From assembly GCA_036496425.1 (NCBI GenBank), contig DASXLG010000070.1:6087-70086 (forward strand): DNA of 64,000 nt, written 5' to 3'. Positions 51,248 through 58,928 of this stretch are shown here, piece after piece. The notes under the pieces are model-generated. The model was not told the origin of the DNA and ran no database searches. It saw only the letters and a program-made list of their open reading frames with translations. Position numbers and translations under genes: made by a program. The stretch's first letter is position 1. Every line of letters begins with the position of its first letter. The stretch is from Terriglobia bacterium. GTDB taxonomy: Bacteria > Acidobacteriota > Terriglobia > 20CM-2-55-15.

Positions 51248-53692
51248 TTATTTGCTCGCTACCTTACTCGCAACTGCCGAGGTCTGAGGCACGCGGCGCA
51301 TTCTGAACTGGTCGCTCCGGACGATCGCCTGAACGATCGTCGAGAATTTGTAGTTATCTTTGGACGCGTCGCGGACAATCCGCCGGACGGTCGGCATGTC
51401 GTAGTACTGGACGGTGCGCCCGCTTGCATACATCAACAAGCGTTCGGTAAACGTCTGCACAAACTGGTCGGGCCGCTTCAACAGCGCATTGCGCAGATCG
51501 TCGGGCCCTTTTAGCGGTGTACCGTCGGGCAACTGACCCGCGGAATCAATCACAGTTCCCGCATAACGATCGCGATCCCGCCACATGCCGGTCGCGTCGA
51601 AGTTTTCGAGCGCAAAGCCGAGCGGATCCATGATTGCATGACAGGATGAACAGGCCGCGCTCGACCGGTGCTTCGCCATCATCTCGCGGACGGTCAGCGC
51701 CTTCGTGGTGCCGATATCTTTTTCATCGAGCGTGGGGACGTTGGGCGGCGGGTTTGCAGGCGGCACACCTTCGATGTACTGAAGGATGAACTTGCCGCGC
51801 AAGACCGGCGAGGTTCGATTCGGATAAGCAGCCGCCATCAGCACGGCGCCTTTACCGAGCAGGCCCCAGCGCACGGAATCCTTCAATTCGACGCGCTGAA
51901 AACGATCGCCTTTGATGTCGGTAATCCCGTAGTGGAGTGCAAGATGCTCGTTCACGAAGGTGTGGCTTGCCTTCAACAAATCAACGACGCTGCGATCTTC
52001 CCTGAAGATGCTGTCGGAAAACAGTGTCAGTTCGGTCTTGAAATCCTGACGCGGATCGGCCCGGCCGGAGGCATATGGAAAGACATTCTGGTCCGGAACG
52101 ATCTCGTCCAGACGCTTCATCTCGAGCCATTGTTGTACAAAATTGCTGGCCAGCGTCTCGGAACGCGGATCGGCCAGCATCCGTTTGACCTGCTTGTCGA
52201 GCGTGGCCGGATCGCTGAGTTTGTTCTTCACCGCAAGGTCCAGCAGTTCGTCATCGGGAATCGTATTCCAAAGGAAGAACGATAGCTTCGACGCGAGTTC
52301 GAGATCGTCAACCTTATAAGTCTCACCCGCCCGCACGGCTGCGGGTATGCGTTCCGCGCGATACAGGAAGAAGGGACTCGCAAGAACGCCGGTAATTGCG
52401 GTCCGGATACCGTTCTCGAAGTTGCCACCCTTTACGCCGTCCTGGTAATACTGAAGAATCTCAGTCACATCTTCATCGGTAACCGGCCGCCGGTATGCGC
52501 GCTTCGCGAGAGATGCAATGATCTGTCTGGCGCAGGCCGCCTGGACGTCCGGCTTGGCGTCATTCGCCGGATGGCAGATGAAGATGCGGTCGCGGCTGGG
52601 AGTCGCTCCAACGCCTTTGGCGTTGTACGGCCCAAGCAGTTGGAACGAGTTCACGCGGTACATCCGATCCTGCCCGCCGCCGGGTACGAACATCTGCAAC
52701 CGGTCGTCGGACTCGGCAAACGTCTTCCGTTTGAATGCCACGCCGATCTTGTGCGGCCCCGCAGGCGCGGTGAATCGGATATTCTTCAGGCGTGCATTGA
52801 CGCGGTCGAGCGCTCCGCTCTGCACCTGATCGTAGGCCTTCATGTCTTCTTCGCCGCCGATCACCGTCTGGTAAACCTGCTTGTTGTCGAGCGTGACCAC
52901 CAGCGGATTCTCGTACTCCATGCCGTTGCCCCAGATATGGGTAGCCATGTCCGCAATGTTGATCACGTATTCGCCGTCGGAGGGCAGATCCACATTTGCC
53001 AGAATGCCGCCGCGCGTACCGAGCGGCAGCCCCGCCACGTGCGTGTATTGCGTGCCGGAGGTTGCGCGGAACGTCCAGCCCGAAGGCCTTGCGTCCGGCC
53101 GCCCCATCGCTTCCACCGCTACGGAGCGCGCTGCGCTGACGTACTGTTCGATGAACGATGGAGAGACCTGCAATGCGGTCGCAATGTTGTCGAAGCCTTC
53201 GGCGGTGTCATCCTGCGGCAGGAGTGCGTTACCGTCGACATCGACAGCCAGCAGATCCCGTACGGCATTGGCGTATTCCTTGCGGTTGAGGCGGTGCAGC
53301 ACGATCTGATCGGGAATATGCATCTGACCTTCGGCATGGTCGAGAGAAGTCTCGAGCCATCCCACCAGCGAATCGACGGCCGCGGCGTCCGGCTGCTTCG
53401 AGCCCGGCGGAGGCATGACGCGGCCACGCAGCTTGCGTACAGCTTTCTCGAACAGTTCCGGATGCTGAGTAACACTCGCCGCCGTAATCCCTTCGAAGCT
53501 GACGCCGCCCGTCTTCGCGCGGTCGTTATGGCAACCGGCGCAGTACGTTTGGATGGTCGCGAGTTGCGCGTCGCCGGCCGCAGCTTGAGCCGCGGATTGC
53601 GCGGGCGAGGCAGTGAACACGCCGGCCGCGGACGCGATGAGAATTCCGGCCAGCGCAATGGCAACCGTCGGTGCGATTCGATTCTTTGTCAT
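51248..53692 (-). CDS. PSCyt/PSD multidomain di-heme family protein, module 4
   Basis: MTKNRIAPTVAIALAGILIASAAGVFTASPAQSAAQA, then ...YCAGCHNDRAKTGGV. Family blocks include HRLNRKEYANAVRDLL, LKASHTFVNEHLALHYGI and FQRVELKDSVRWGLLGKGAVLMAAAYPNRTSPVLRG. A C-terminal CSSCHAIMDPLGFALENFD is present. Confidence 0.85.
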   Translation of the reverse strand: MTKNRIAPTVAIALAGILIASAAGVFTASPAQSAAQAAAGDAQLATIQTYCAGCHNDRAKTGGVSFEGITAASVTQHPELFEKAVRKLRGRVMPPPGSKQPDAAAVDSLVGWLETSLDHAEGQMHIPDQIVLHRLNRKEYANAVRDLLAVDVDGNALLPQDDTAEGFDNIATALQVSPSFIEQYVSAARSVAVEAMGRPDARPSGWTFRATSGTQYTHVAGLPLGTRGGILANVDLPSDGEYVINIADMATHIWGNGMEYENPLVVTLDNKQVYQTVIGGEEDMKAYDQVQSGALDRVNARLKNIRFTAPAGPHKIGVAFKRKTFAESDDRLQMFVPGGGQDRMYRVNSFQLLGPYNAKGVGATPSRDRIFICHPANDAKPDVQAACARQIIASLAKRAYRRPVTDEDVTEILQYYQDGVKGGNFENGIRTAITGVLASPFFLYRAERIPAAVRAGETYKVDDLELASKLSFFLWNTIPDDELLDLAVKNKLSDPATLDKQVKRMLADPRSETLASNFVQQWLEMKRLDEIVPDQNVFPYASGRADPRQDFKTELTLFSDSIFREDRSVVDLLKASHTFVNEHLALHYGITDIKGDRFQRVELKDSVRWGLLGKGAVLMAAAYPNRTSPVLRGKFILQYIEGVPPANPPPNVPTLDEKDIGTTKALTVREMMAKHRSSAACSSCHAIMDPLGFALENFDATGMWRDRDRYAGTVIDSAGQLPDGTPLKGPDDLRNALLKRPDQFVQTFTERLLMYASGRTVQYYDMPTVRRIVRDASKDNYKFSTIVQAIVRSDQFRMRRVPQTSAVASKVASK

Positions 53693-53699
53693 ATTAAGG

Positions 53700-54632
53700 T
53701 TAGGCATCGGGTGACAAATAAGCCCACAGACTCTCGAACGCCCGGCGAACGAATTCATCGGGGTTCCCCATCTGAGCATCAAATTCCTTCGTTGGCTTCG
53801 CCGCCACGGCTTCGCCTGGGCCGCGCCCACGATTCAACAGCTGACTGAGGCGGCCGTATATCGTGCTGTACATCTCGGCCTGCTTCTTGAGGTCTTCGAG
53901 GCTCAGCACGGGACCGCGGGCAGGAACGATTTTGGTGTCGGCATTAGCCAGGGTTTGCAGGCGTTCGATGCCGCCCACGATGCCGCCGATCCATCCGCCG
54001 GTCCAATAATCGATCTCCGGCCAGCCCTCGCCTGTCGCCACATCCCCTATTGCCAACACATTCTGCTTCGGGAAATAAACGTACATGTCGCCGTCGGTGT
54101 GCGCCGCGTCGGGAACGTAGCCATAGCGGACGCCGGAATCGAGGCTGCCGGTCGTATAGAAAGTCTTGTTTGGCTGCGCCACCTTCGGGAACTTCTTGAA
54201 CTGCCGCCCGTTCCACGGCCAGGTGATGTTCTGCGTCAGCCAGAGCCGCGTGTTCTCGTGGGCAATGATCGTGGCGCCGGCCTTGCCGAGCCGCTCATTC
54301 GAGCCGGTCTGCTCAGGGTGCCAGTGCGTATTAAATAAGGTGTGGATTTTGCCGGCGCCGGGCAGCGCGGCCACGGCTTTCATGATCGCATCCGAACCGG
54401 CCGTGGAGCCGCCGTCGACAAGCAGAACGCCATCGGCTCCCGTCTGGGCGATGACATTGGCTTGTCCGGGGATCCGCAAAACGAACAAATCGTCGCTTAA
54501 TTTCAGCGGTCCCGGGTCTTGAGCAAGCCCGCGCAGGACCGGTGCGCCCAGAACGATTCCGGCCGCACCTCCGATCGCTGCTTTCAGTATTTCCCGGCGT
54601 GAATGATGACAGCTGACCTTCTCCTGATCCAT
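53700..54632 (-). CDS. Tat-exported metallo-beta-lactamase-fold protein, module 4
   Basis: MDQEKVSCHHSRREILKAAIGGAAGIVLGAPVLRGLA is a Tat signal. Motifs include NTHWHPEQTGSN and HTDGDMYVYFPKQNVLAIGD. It is a paralog of 34742..35656. Its stop is 7 nt before the PSCyt start. Confidence 0.75.
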   Translation of the reverse strand: MDQEKVSCHHSRREILKAAIGGAAGIVLGAPVLRGLAQDPGPLKLSDDLFVLRIPGQANVIAQTGADGVLLVDGGSTAGSDAIMKAVAALPGAGKIHTLFNTHWHPEQTGSNERLGKAGATIIAHENTRLWLTQNITWPWNGRQFKKFPKVAQPNKTFYTTGSLDSGVRYGYVPDAAHTDGDMYVYFPKQNVLAIGDVATGEGWPEIDYWTGGWIGGIVGGIERLQTLANADTKIVPARGPVLSLEDLKKQAEMYSTIYGRLSQLLNRGRGPGEAVAAKPTKEFDAQMGNPDEFVRRAFESLWAYLSPDA

Positions 54633-54697
54633 CTCGGTTTCGTCCTGTCTGGTATTAGGTAACCTTATATCAGGATTCGGGTTAGAAGAACATCAAA

Positions 54698-55183
54698 TTA
54701 AAGGCCGGAAAGGATGCTTTCACCTCCGCTGATGGTGCACTGGCCCGCTGACGGCTCGACCTGAAGCTTGTCCACGACGCCGTTTTTGACGATCATCGCG
54801 AAGCGCTGTCCGCGCGTCCCCATGCCGAAGCCGGAAGCGTCCAATTCGAGACCCAGGGCCTTGGTGTATGCCGCGTTACCATCGGCCAGCATCAGAACCT
54901 TGCCGTCGGCGCCCGCGCCCTTCCCCCAGGCATCCATCACGAACACGTCATTCACCGCCAGGCACGCAATTGTGTCCACACCCTTGGTTTTGATTGCCGG
55001 CGCATTCTGTACAAACCCGGGCAGGTGTGTCTTCGAACAGGTGGGCGTGAATGCGCCCGGCACCGAAAATAAAACGACGGTTTTGCCATTGAACAAATCG
55101 TCCGTCGAAATCGATCCCGGGCCTGCGGTGTTCATAACTCCGAAACTGCCGGATGGAACCTTGTCACCAACTTTAATTGCCAT
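54698..55183 (-). CDS. Peroxiredoxin (Prx5/AhpC-TSA family)
   Basis: MAIKVGDKVP...KTVVLFSVPGAFTPTCS is the Prx5-type peroxidatic Cys motif. A AGGGAGG Shine-Dalgarno lies upstream. Confidence 0.8.
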   Translation of the reverse strand: MAIKVGDKVPSGSFGVMNTAGPGSISTDDLFNGKTVVLFSVPGAFTPTCSKTHLPGFVQNAPAIKTKGVDTIACLAVNDVFVMDAWGKGAGADGKVLMLADGNAAYTKALGLELDASGFGMGTRGQRFAMIVKNGVVDKLQVEPSAGQCTISGGESILSGL

Positions 55184-55247
55184 ATCTATCCTCCCTAAAT
55201 GACTTAATGAATTTGCGCAAACATCATATGGTACAGTTTGCCGCGAA

Positions 55248-55652
55248 ATGTTCAACATCAGATCCATCGATCATCTCGTCCTTCGCGTCGTGGATCTGGA
55301 GAGGATGCTCGATTTCTACGTCAACGTGATCGGTTGTTCGACAGAAAAGATCCAGGAAGAACTCGGCCTGTATCAGCTTCGGGCAGGCAACTCTCTGATC
55401 GATTTCATTCCCGTCGACGGCCCGCTGGGTAAGGCCGGCGGAGCCGCACCCGGTCCCGAAGGACGAAACCTCGATCACTTTTGCCTCCGCATCGAACCAT
55501 TTGATGGAGACGAGATTCTAAAGTACCTGCGCGGCAAAGGAATCGATCCAGGAAAGGTAGAGTCCCGCTATGGCGCCGACGGCGACGGCCCATCCGTTTA
55601 CGTGAGCGATCCGGAAGGCAACGTCGTCGAGTTGAAGGGACCACCGTTTTAG
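55248..55652 (+). CDS. VOC/glyoxalase-family protein
   Basis: MFNIRSIDHLVLRVVDLERMLDFYVNVIGC...LDHFCLRIEPFDGDEILKYLRGKG...YVSDPEGNVVEL is a glyoxalase I / fosfomycin-resistance-like fold. Confidence 0.65.
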   Translation: MFNIRSIDHLVLRVVDLERMLDFYVNVIGCSTEKIQEELGLYQLRAGNSLIDFIPVDGPLGKAGGAAPGPEGRNLDHFCLRIEPFDGDEILKYLRGKGIDPGKVESRYGADGDGPSVYVSDPEGNVVELKGPPF

Positions 55653-55714
55653 CCACAAATTACGCCAATTAATTCGCGTAATTTGCGCAATTTGCGGCTA
55701 TCCTGACTTGCATT

Positions 55715-56233
55715 GTGAAAGCGTTCCTTATATTGGCCGCTCTGCTGCTGCCGATTGCAGCCCAGCAAACGACTCTCGACAAGACGATCGAGGGCCAGCT
55801 CAAGCGGGTGTTCCCTTCCGCCACGTCGTTTTCGGCGAAGCAGACCAGTCCGGTTCCTCACTACGTCGCATACACCGGGAATCCCGGCTCACAAACCGTC
55901 GCGGGCTACGTTTTCTGGACCACCGAGTTGGAACCGCTCGAACGCGGATATGATGGCCCGATCAAGATCCTGGTGGGCCTGGACAATACAGCGCACCTGA
56001 CCGGGGTTTTTGTCGCCGAACACCACGAGCCTTACGGCTATTTTTCCGTCGAACCTCCGGAGTTCGCCCGGCAATTTGTAGGCAAAGACATACGGGATCC
56101 GTTCAAAGTGGGCGCCGACGTCGCGGCCGTCTCGCGCGCTTCGATTTCCATCAACAGCTCGTCCCGCGCCATTCGAAACGGCGCGCGTCGCGTTGCTCGA
56201 GCACTCTTGACACCCCCGGGGACAGGCAAGTGA
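55715..56233 (+). CDS. Periplasmic FMN-binding-domain protein (the NosR/NirI/RnfG-type module, encoded as a separate gene)
   Basis: Signal peptide MKAFLILAALLLPIAAQQ. The FMN_bind-like region is ...GYVFWTTELEPLERGYDGPIKILVGLDNTAHLTGVFVAEHHEPYGY...FARQFVGKDIRDPFKVGADVAAVSRASISINSS, including the likely flavinylation site SRAS-I-S. Confidence 0.6.
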   Translation: MKAFLILAALLLPIAAQQTTLDKTIEGQLKRVFPSATSFSAKQTSPVPHYVAYTGNPGSQTVAGYVFWTTELEPLERGYDGPIKILVGLDNTAHLTGVFVAEHHEPYGYFSVEPPEFARQFVGKDIRDPFKVGADVAAVSRASISINSSSRAIRNGARRVARALLTPPGTGK

Positions 56234-57162
56234 AGTCTGCCGCGGCGCGGTTCCTCTTGATTGCTGCTTTGCTGATGGCAATGACTCCTCGTCTTATCGC
56301 GGCGCAGCAATGGAATTTCTCCGATGACGATGCCGCGCCGACCTGGATGGACGACCTCAAAGCTCAGGCCGTGGATCTGACGCTGTTCACGGCATTCGCG
56401 GCGCTGGCGCTGACCAGCTTTTTCAGGAAGAGCGAAAAGCTGAAGTGGATCACGATGGGCATCGCCGTGATCTACCTGGGTTTCTTTCGAAGCCAACTGA
56501 TCACCGTCGTCAACATCTTCGGACTTACGGTGTGGAACCTGCCGGACTTCAGACACAACCTGACCTGGTACCTGTTCGCTAGCTTCACCCTTGTGACGAC
56601 GGTCCTGTGGGGACGGGTGTACTGCGGGCGGGTCTGCGCATTCGGCGCCATGACGCAGCTCATGGATAAGGTCGTTCCGCAAAAACTGCGCATCGAATTA
56701 CCGAGGGCGCTCGAGCAGCGCGCGAATTACATCAAGTACGGCCTGCTCGGAAGCACGGTGCTGTATTTCCTGATCACGCGGGATATCTCGATCTACAGAT
56801 ACGTCGAACCGTTCTGGATGTTCTCGCTCCAGGCTCGCGTGGGAATGTGGGTAGGGCTGGCTGTACTCTTGACCGCAACCGTATTCGTGAGGAATCTGTA
56901 CTGCCGGTTTCTCTGCCCGGTCGGAGCATTTCTCGGGCTCGTTTCCAACCTGACGGTTTTCCGCATCAAGCGCTGGGGGGAATGCAACTCCTGCAAGATC
57001 TGCGAAAAGACCTGCGAATGGGGCGCGATCCGCGGCCCGAAGATTGTCGCCAGCGAATGCGTCCGCTGTGACGATTGCGAACGGCTGTATATGGATGAGG
57101 CGAAGTGCCCGCACTGGCTGATATTGAAGAGGAAGGCCGCGAAAGTGGCTTCGCAGCATTAA
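56230..57162 (+). CDS. NosR/NapH/MauN-like integral-membrane polyferredoxin
   Basis: GTG start overlapping the upstream stop (gTGA). TM helices are present with CGRVCAFGA and CRFLCPVGAF (CxxxCP-type) motifs, plus two C-terminal 4Fe-4S motifs CNSCKICEKTC and CVRCDDCERLY. Length is 310 aa. Confidence 0.65.
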   Translation: MKSAAARFLLIAALLMAMTPRLIAAQQWNFSDDDAAPTWMDDLKAQAVDLTLFTAFAALALTSFFRKSEKLKWITMGIAVIYLGFFRSQLITVVNIFGLTVWNLPDFRHNLTWYLFASFTLVTTVLWGRVYCGRVCAFGAMTQLMDKVVPQKLRIELPRALEQRANYIKYGLLGSTVLYFLITRDISIYRYVEPFWMFSLQARVGMWVGLAVLLTATVFVRNLYCRFLCPVGAFLGLVSNLTVFRIKRWGECNSCKICEKTCEWGAIRGPKIVASECVRCDDCERLYMDEAKCPHWLILKRKAAKVASQH

Positions 57163-57177
57163 TTTGATTGGCGTGGT

Positions 57178-57249
57178 TGAACATGGTGTGTGAGCGACCC
57201 CCTGCCGCCGCTTCGCGGCGGCAGGGGGTCGCTCACACACCATGTTTAT
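57178..57249. terminator. Perfect 32-bp-stem palindrome between convergent genes, likely a bidirectional terminator
   Basis: aacatggtgtgtgagcgaccccctgccgccgc-ttcg-gcggcggcagggggtcgctcacacaccatgtt. It starts 16 nt after the stop of the plus-strand polyferredoxin and overlaps the stop of the minus-strand hypothetical. Confidence 0.6.
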
Positions 57250-57734
57250 TTCTCCTCCCCGCTCTTCAGCACCTCGCACTCTCCGTAGTACTGTTCCGGA
57301 CTCGAGGTAAATCCCGGCAGCGAGATGTCGGTGTACTCATGCCGCGAATGCATGGCCTTGAGCTTTCCACCCGCCGTCTTTTTCTCCAGAACCGTGGTGA
57401 TGTAAAGCTGCCCGTCGAGAAACGATTGAATGAAGTGCAGGTAGCCGTTCGCATAGCGCACCACGATGTCGTACTCTCCCAGACCGCTCTGGAGAGCGGC
57501 GGTTCCTCCTTCGGCGTCGATCGCATCGAACTGCAAAACAAGGCTCGCCGGTTGTACTTTGGCCTCAGGTTTCTCACGTCCCCAGGTTCCGACAGCCATC
57601 AGCGGAAACGTGCACTTGATGCTTTTGACACCGGCCAATAACGGCTTCTCGGTCTGCGCACCAGAGGAACGGTACGGCACCAGCAACAAGACTGCACAGA
57701 TTATGAAGAGGACCACCGTGCGGTTCAGGAACAT
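57246..57734 (-). CDS. Secreted hypothetical protein
   Basis: MFLNRTVVLFIICAVLLLVPYRSSGAQTEKP... is a signal peptide. The protein is 162 aa, and no family is recognised. Confidence 0.4.
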   Translation of the reverse strand: MFLNRTVVLFIICAVLLLVPYRSSGAQTEKPLLAGVKSIKCTFPLMAVGTWGREKPEAKVQPASLVLQFDAIDAEGGTAALQSGLGEYDIVVRYANGYLHFIQSFLDGQLYITTVLEKKTAGGKLKAMHSRHEYTDISLPGFTSSPEQYYGECEVLKSGEEK

Positions 57735-57744
57735 GAATACTCCT

Positions 57745-57833
57745 TTATTACGGCTGCGCGCTATCGCGCTTGCGCTTCGCCTATTACGGCTGCGCGCTAT
57801 CGCGCTTGCGCTTCGCCTATTATGGCGCGTCGG
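57745..57833. repeat. 36-bp tandem direct repeat, 2.5 copies, in the ApbE/hypothetical intergenic spacer
   Basis: ttattacggctgcgcgctatcgcgcttgcgcttcgc, then ctattacggctgcgcgctatcgcgcttgcgcttcgc, then ctattatggcgcgtcgg. Each unit contains the palindrome GCGCGCTATCGCGC. The third partial unit overlaps the ApbE stop codon. Confidence 0.8.
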
Positions 57834-58884
57834 TCGGCTTGGCGAGCATTGTCAGGCGCCCTTTGATGCCCGGGGATACCAGCACTTCGTTTTTCGAACT
57901 GACGATCACGGCATCCACGCCGGGCGTCCGTTGGACCAGCGCCATGCCGGCCTCGGGGCCGAGAATGAAAACACCCTTCGATAACCCGTCGGCCATTGTC
58001 GCGCTGTTGGCAACAATCGTCACGCTGCGGCAGCCCATCGCGGGCTCACCTGTCGCCGGATCGATGATGTGATGATACCGCCGGCCGTTCCGGACAAATG
58101 ACCGCGCATAATCGCCGGACGTGCTGAACGTGCTGTCGGACAAGTCGATCTGCGCGAAGATCTGATTCTGCGGGCCGCGCGGGTCCTGGATGCCGAGCCG
58201 CCACATGTGGTTGTCTTCAAGACCCGCAGCATACATGTCGCCGCCGAACTGCACGATGAAGTCGTGGAATCCCCGGCGTTTGAGAATGTCGCTGGCGCGA
58301 TCGACGGCATACCCTTTTCCGATTCCGCCGAGGTTCACGGTCATTCCCTTCCCCTCGATGAACGCCGTTCCGGCGGCATCGTCAACCACGACCTTCCGGT
58401 AGTCGATGAGTTTTCGCTTGCGCGCGATTTCTGCAGGAGCCGGAATCGTATCGTCCTTGTTCTGGTAATCGAATTTCCAGAGGTCCGACAAGGCGCCCCA
58501 CGTGATATCGAATTTTCCCTCTGTCAACTCGCTGAGTTGATGCGCCGACCGCAGCACCTCGCGGAGCTCGGGCGCCACGCGGACGGGGTGCAACCCGGCG
58601 GCCGCGTTCAATTGTTCGACGTCGCTGGTTTTCAGCCAGTTGCTCAGCAGTCCTTCGAGCCGGTTCATTTCGTTGAACACGGCTTCGAAGGCGGCATTGG
58701 CGCCGGCTTCATCCGCGGTCCAGGCCTGAAGGTGAAGCTCTGTTCCCATCGAGGCGAAGGTTCGCTCGACGAGGTGCGCGGCGGGTTTTGGAGGTGATGG
58801 TGTCTTCGTGCAGGCGGCAAGAAGAAACAGGAAAGCCAGCCGCAGATTACGCGGATGACGCAGATGGGGCGCCACCAGGTTCAT
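57820..58884 (-). CDS. apbE: FAD:protein FMN transferase (ApbE family), lipoprotein
   Basis: MNLVAPHLRHPRNLRLAFLFLLAACTKTP carries a lipobox. ApbE blocks include ...RTFASMGTELHLQAW...FDITWGALSDLWKF...VNLGGIGKGYAVDRASDILK...IVQFGGDMYAAG...STSGDY.R.F..NG..YHHIIDP.TG.P. Confidence 0.8.
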   Translation of the reverse strand: MNLVAPHLRHPRNLRLAFLFLLAACTKTPSPPKPAAHLVERTFASMGTELHLQAWTADEAGANAAFEAVFNEMNRLEGLLSNWLKTSDVEQLNAAAGLHPVRVAPELREVLRSAHQLSELTEGKFDITWGALSDLWKFDYQNKDDTIPAPAEIARKRKLIDYRKVVVDDAAGTAFIEGKGMTVNLGGIGKGYAVDRASDILKRRGFHDFIVQFGGDMYAAGLEDNHMWRLGIQDPRGPQNQIFAQIDLSDSTFSTSGDYARSFVRNGRRYHHIIDPATGEPAMGCRSVTIVANSATMADGLSKGVFILGPEAGMALVQRTPGVDAVIVSSKNEVLVSPGIKGRLTMLAKPTDAP

Positions 58885-58914
58885 TTAATGCGCCCCATCT
58901 GCGTCATCCGCGTA
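58848..58914. promoter_or_regulatory. Perfect 27-bp-stem palindrome that encloses the apbE start codon in its loop
   Basis: attacgcggatgacgcagatggggcgc-caccaggttcatttaat-gcgccccatctgcgtcatccgcgtaat. The minus-strand ATG (58882-58884) lies inside the 13-nt loop. The structure sits 15-80 nt downstream of the DUF1501 stop at 58929. Confidence 0.5.
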
Positions 58915-58928
58915 ATATGCGGCTGGCC

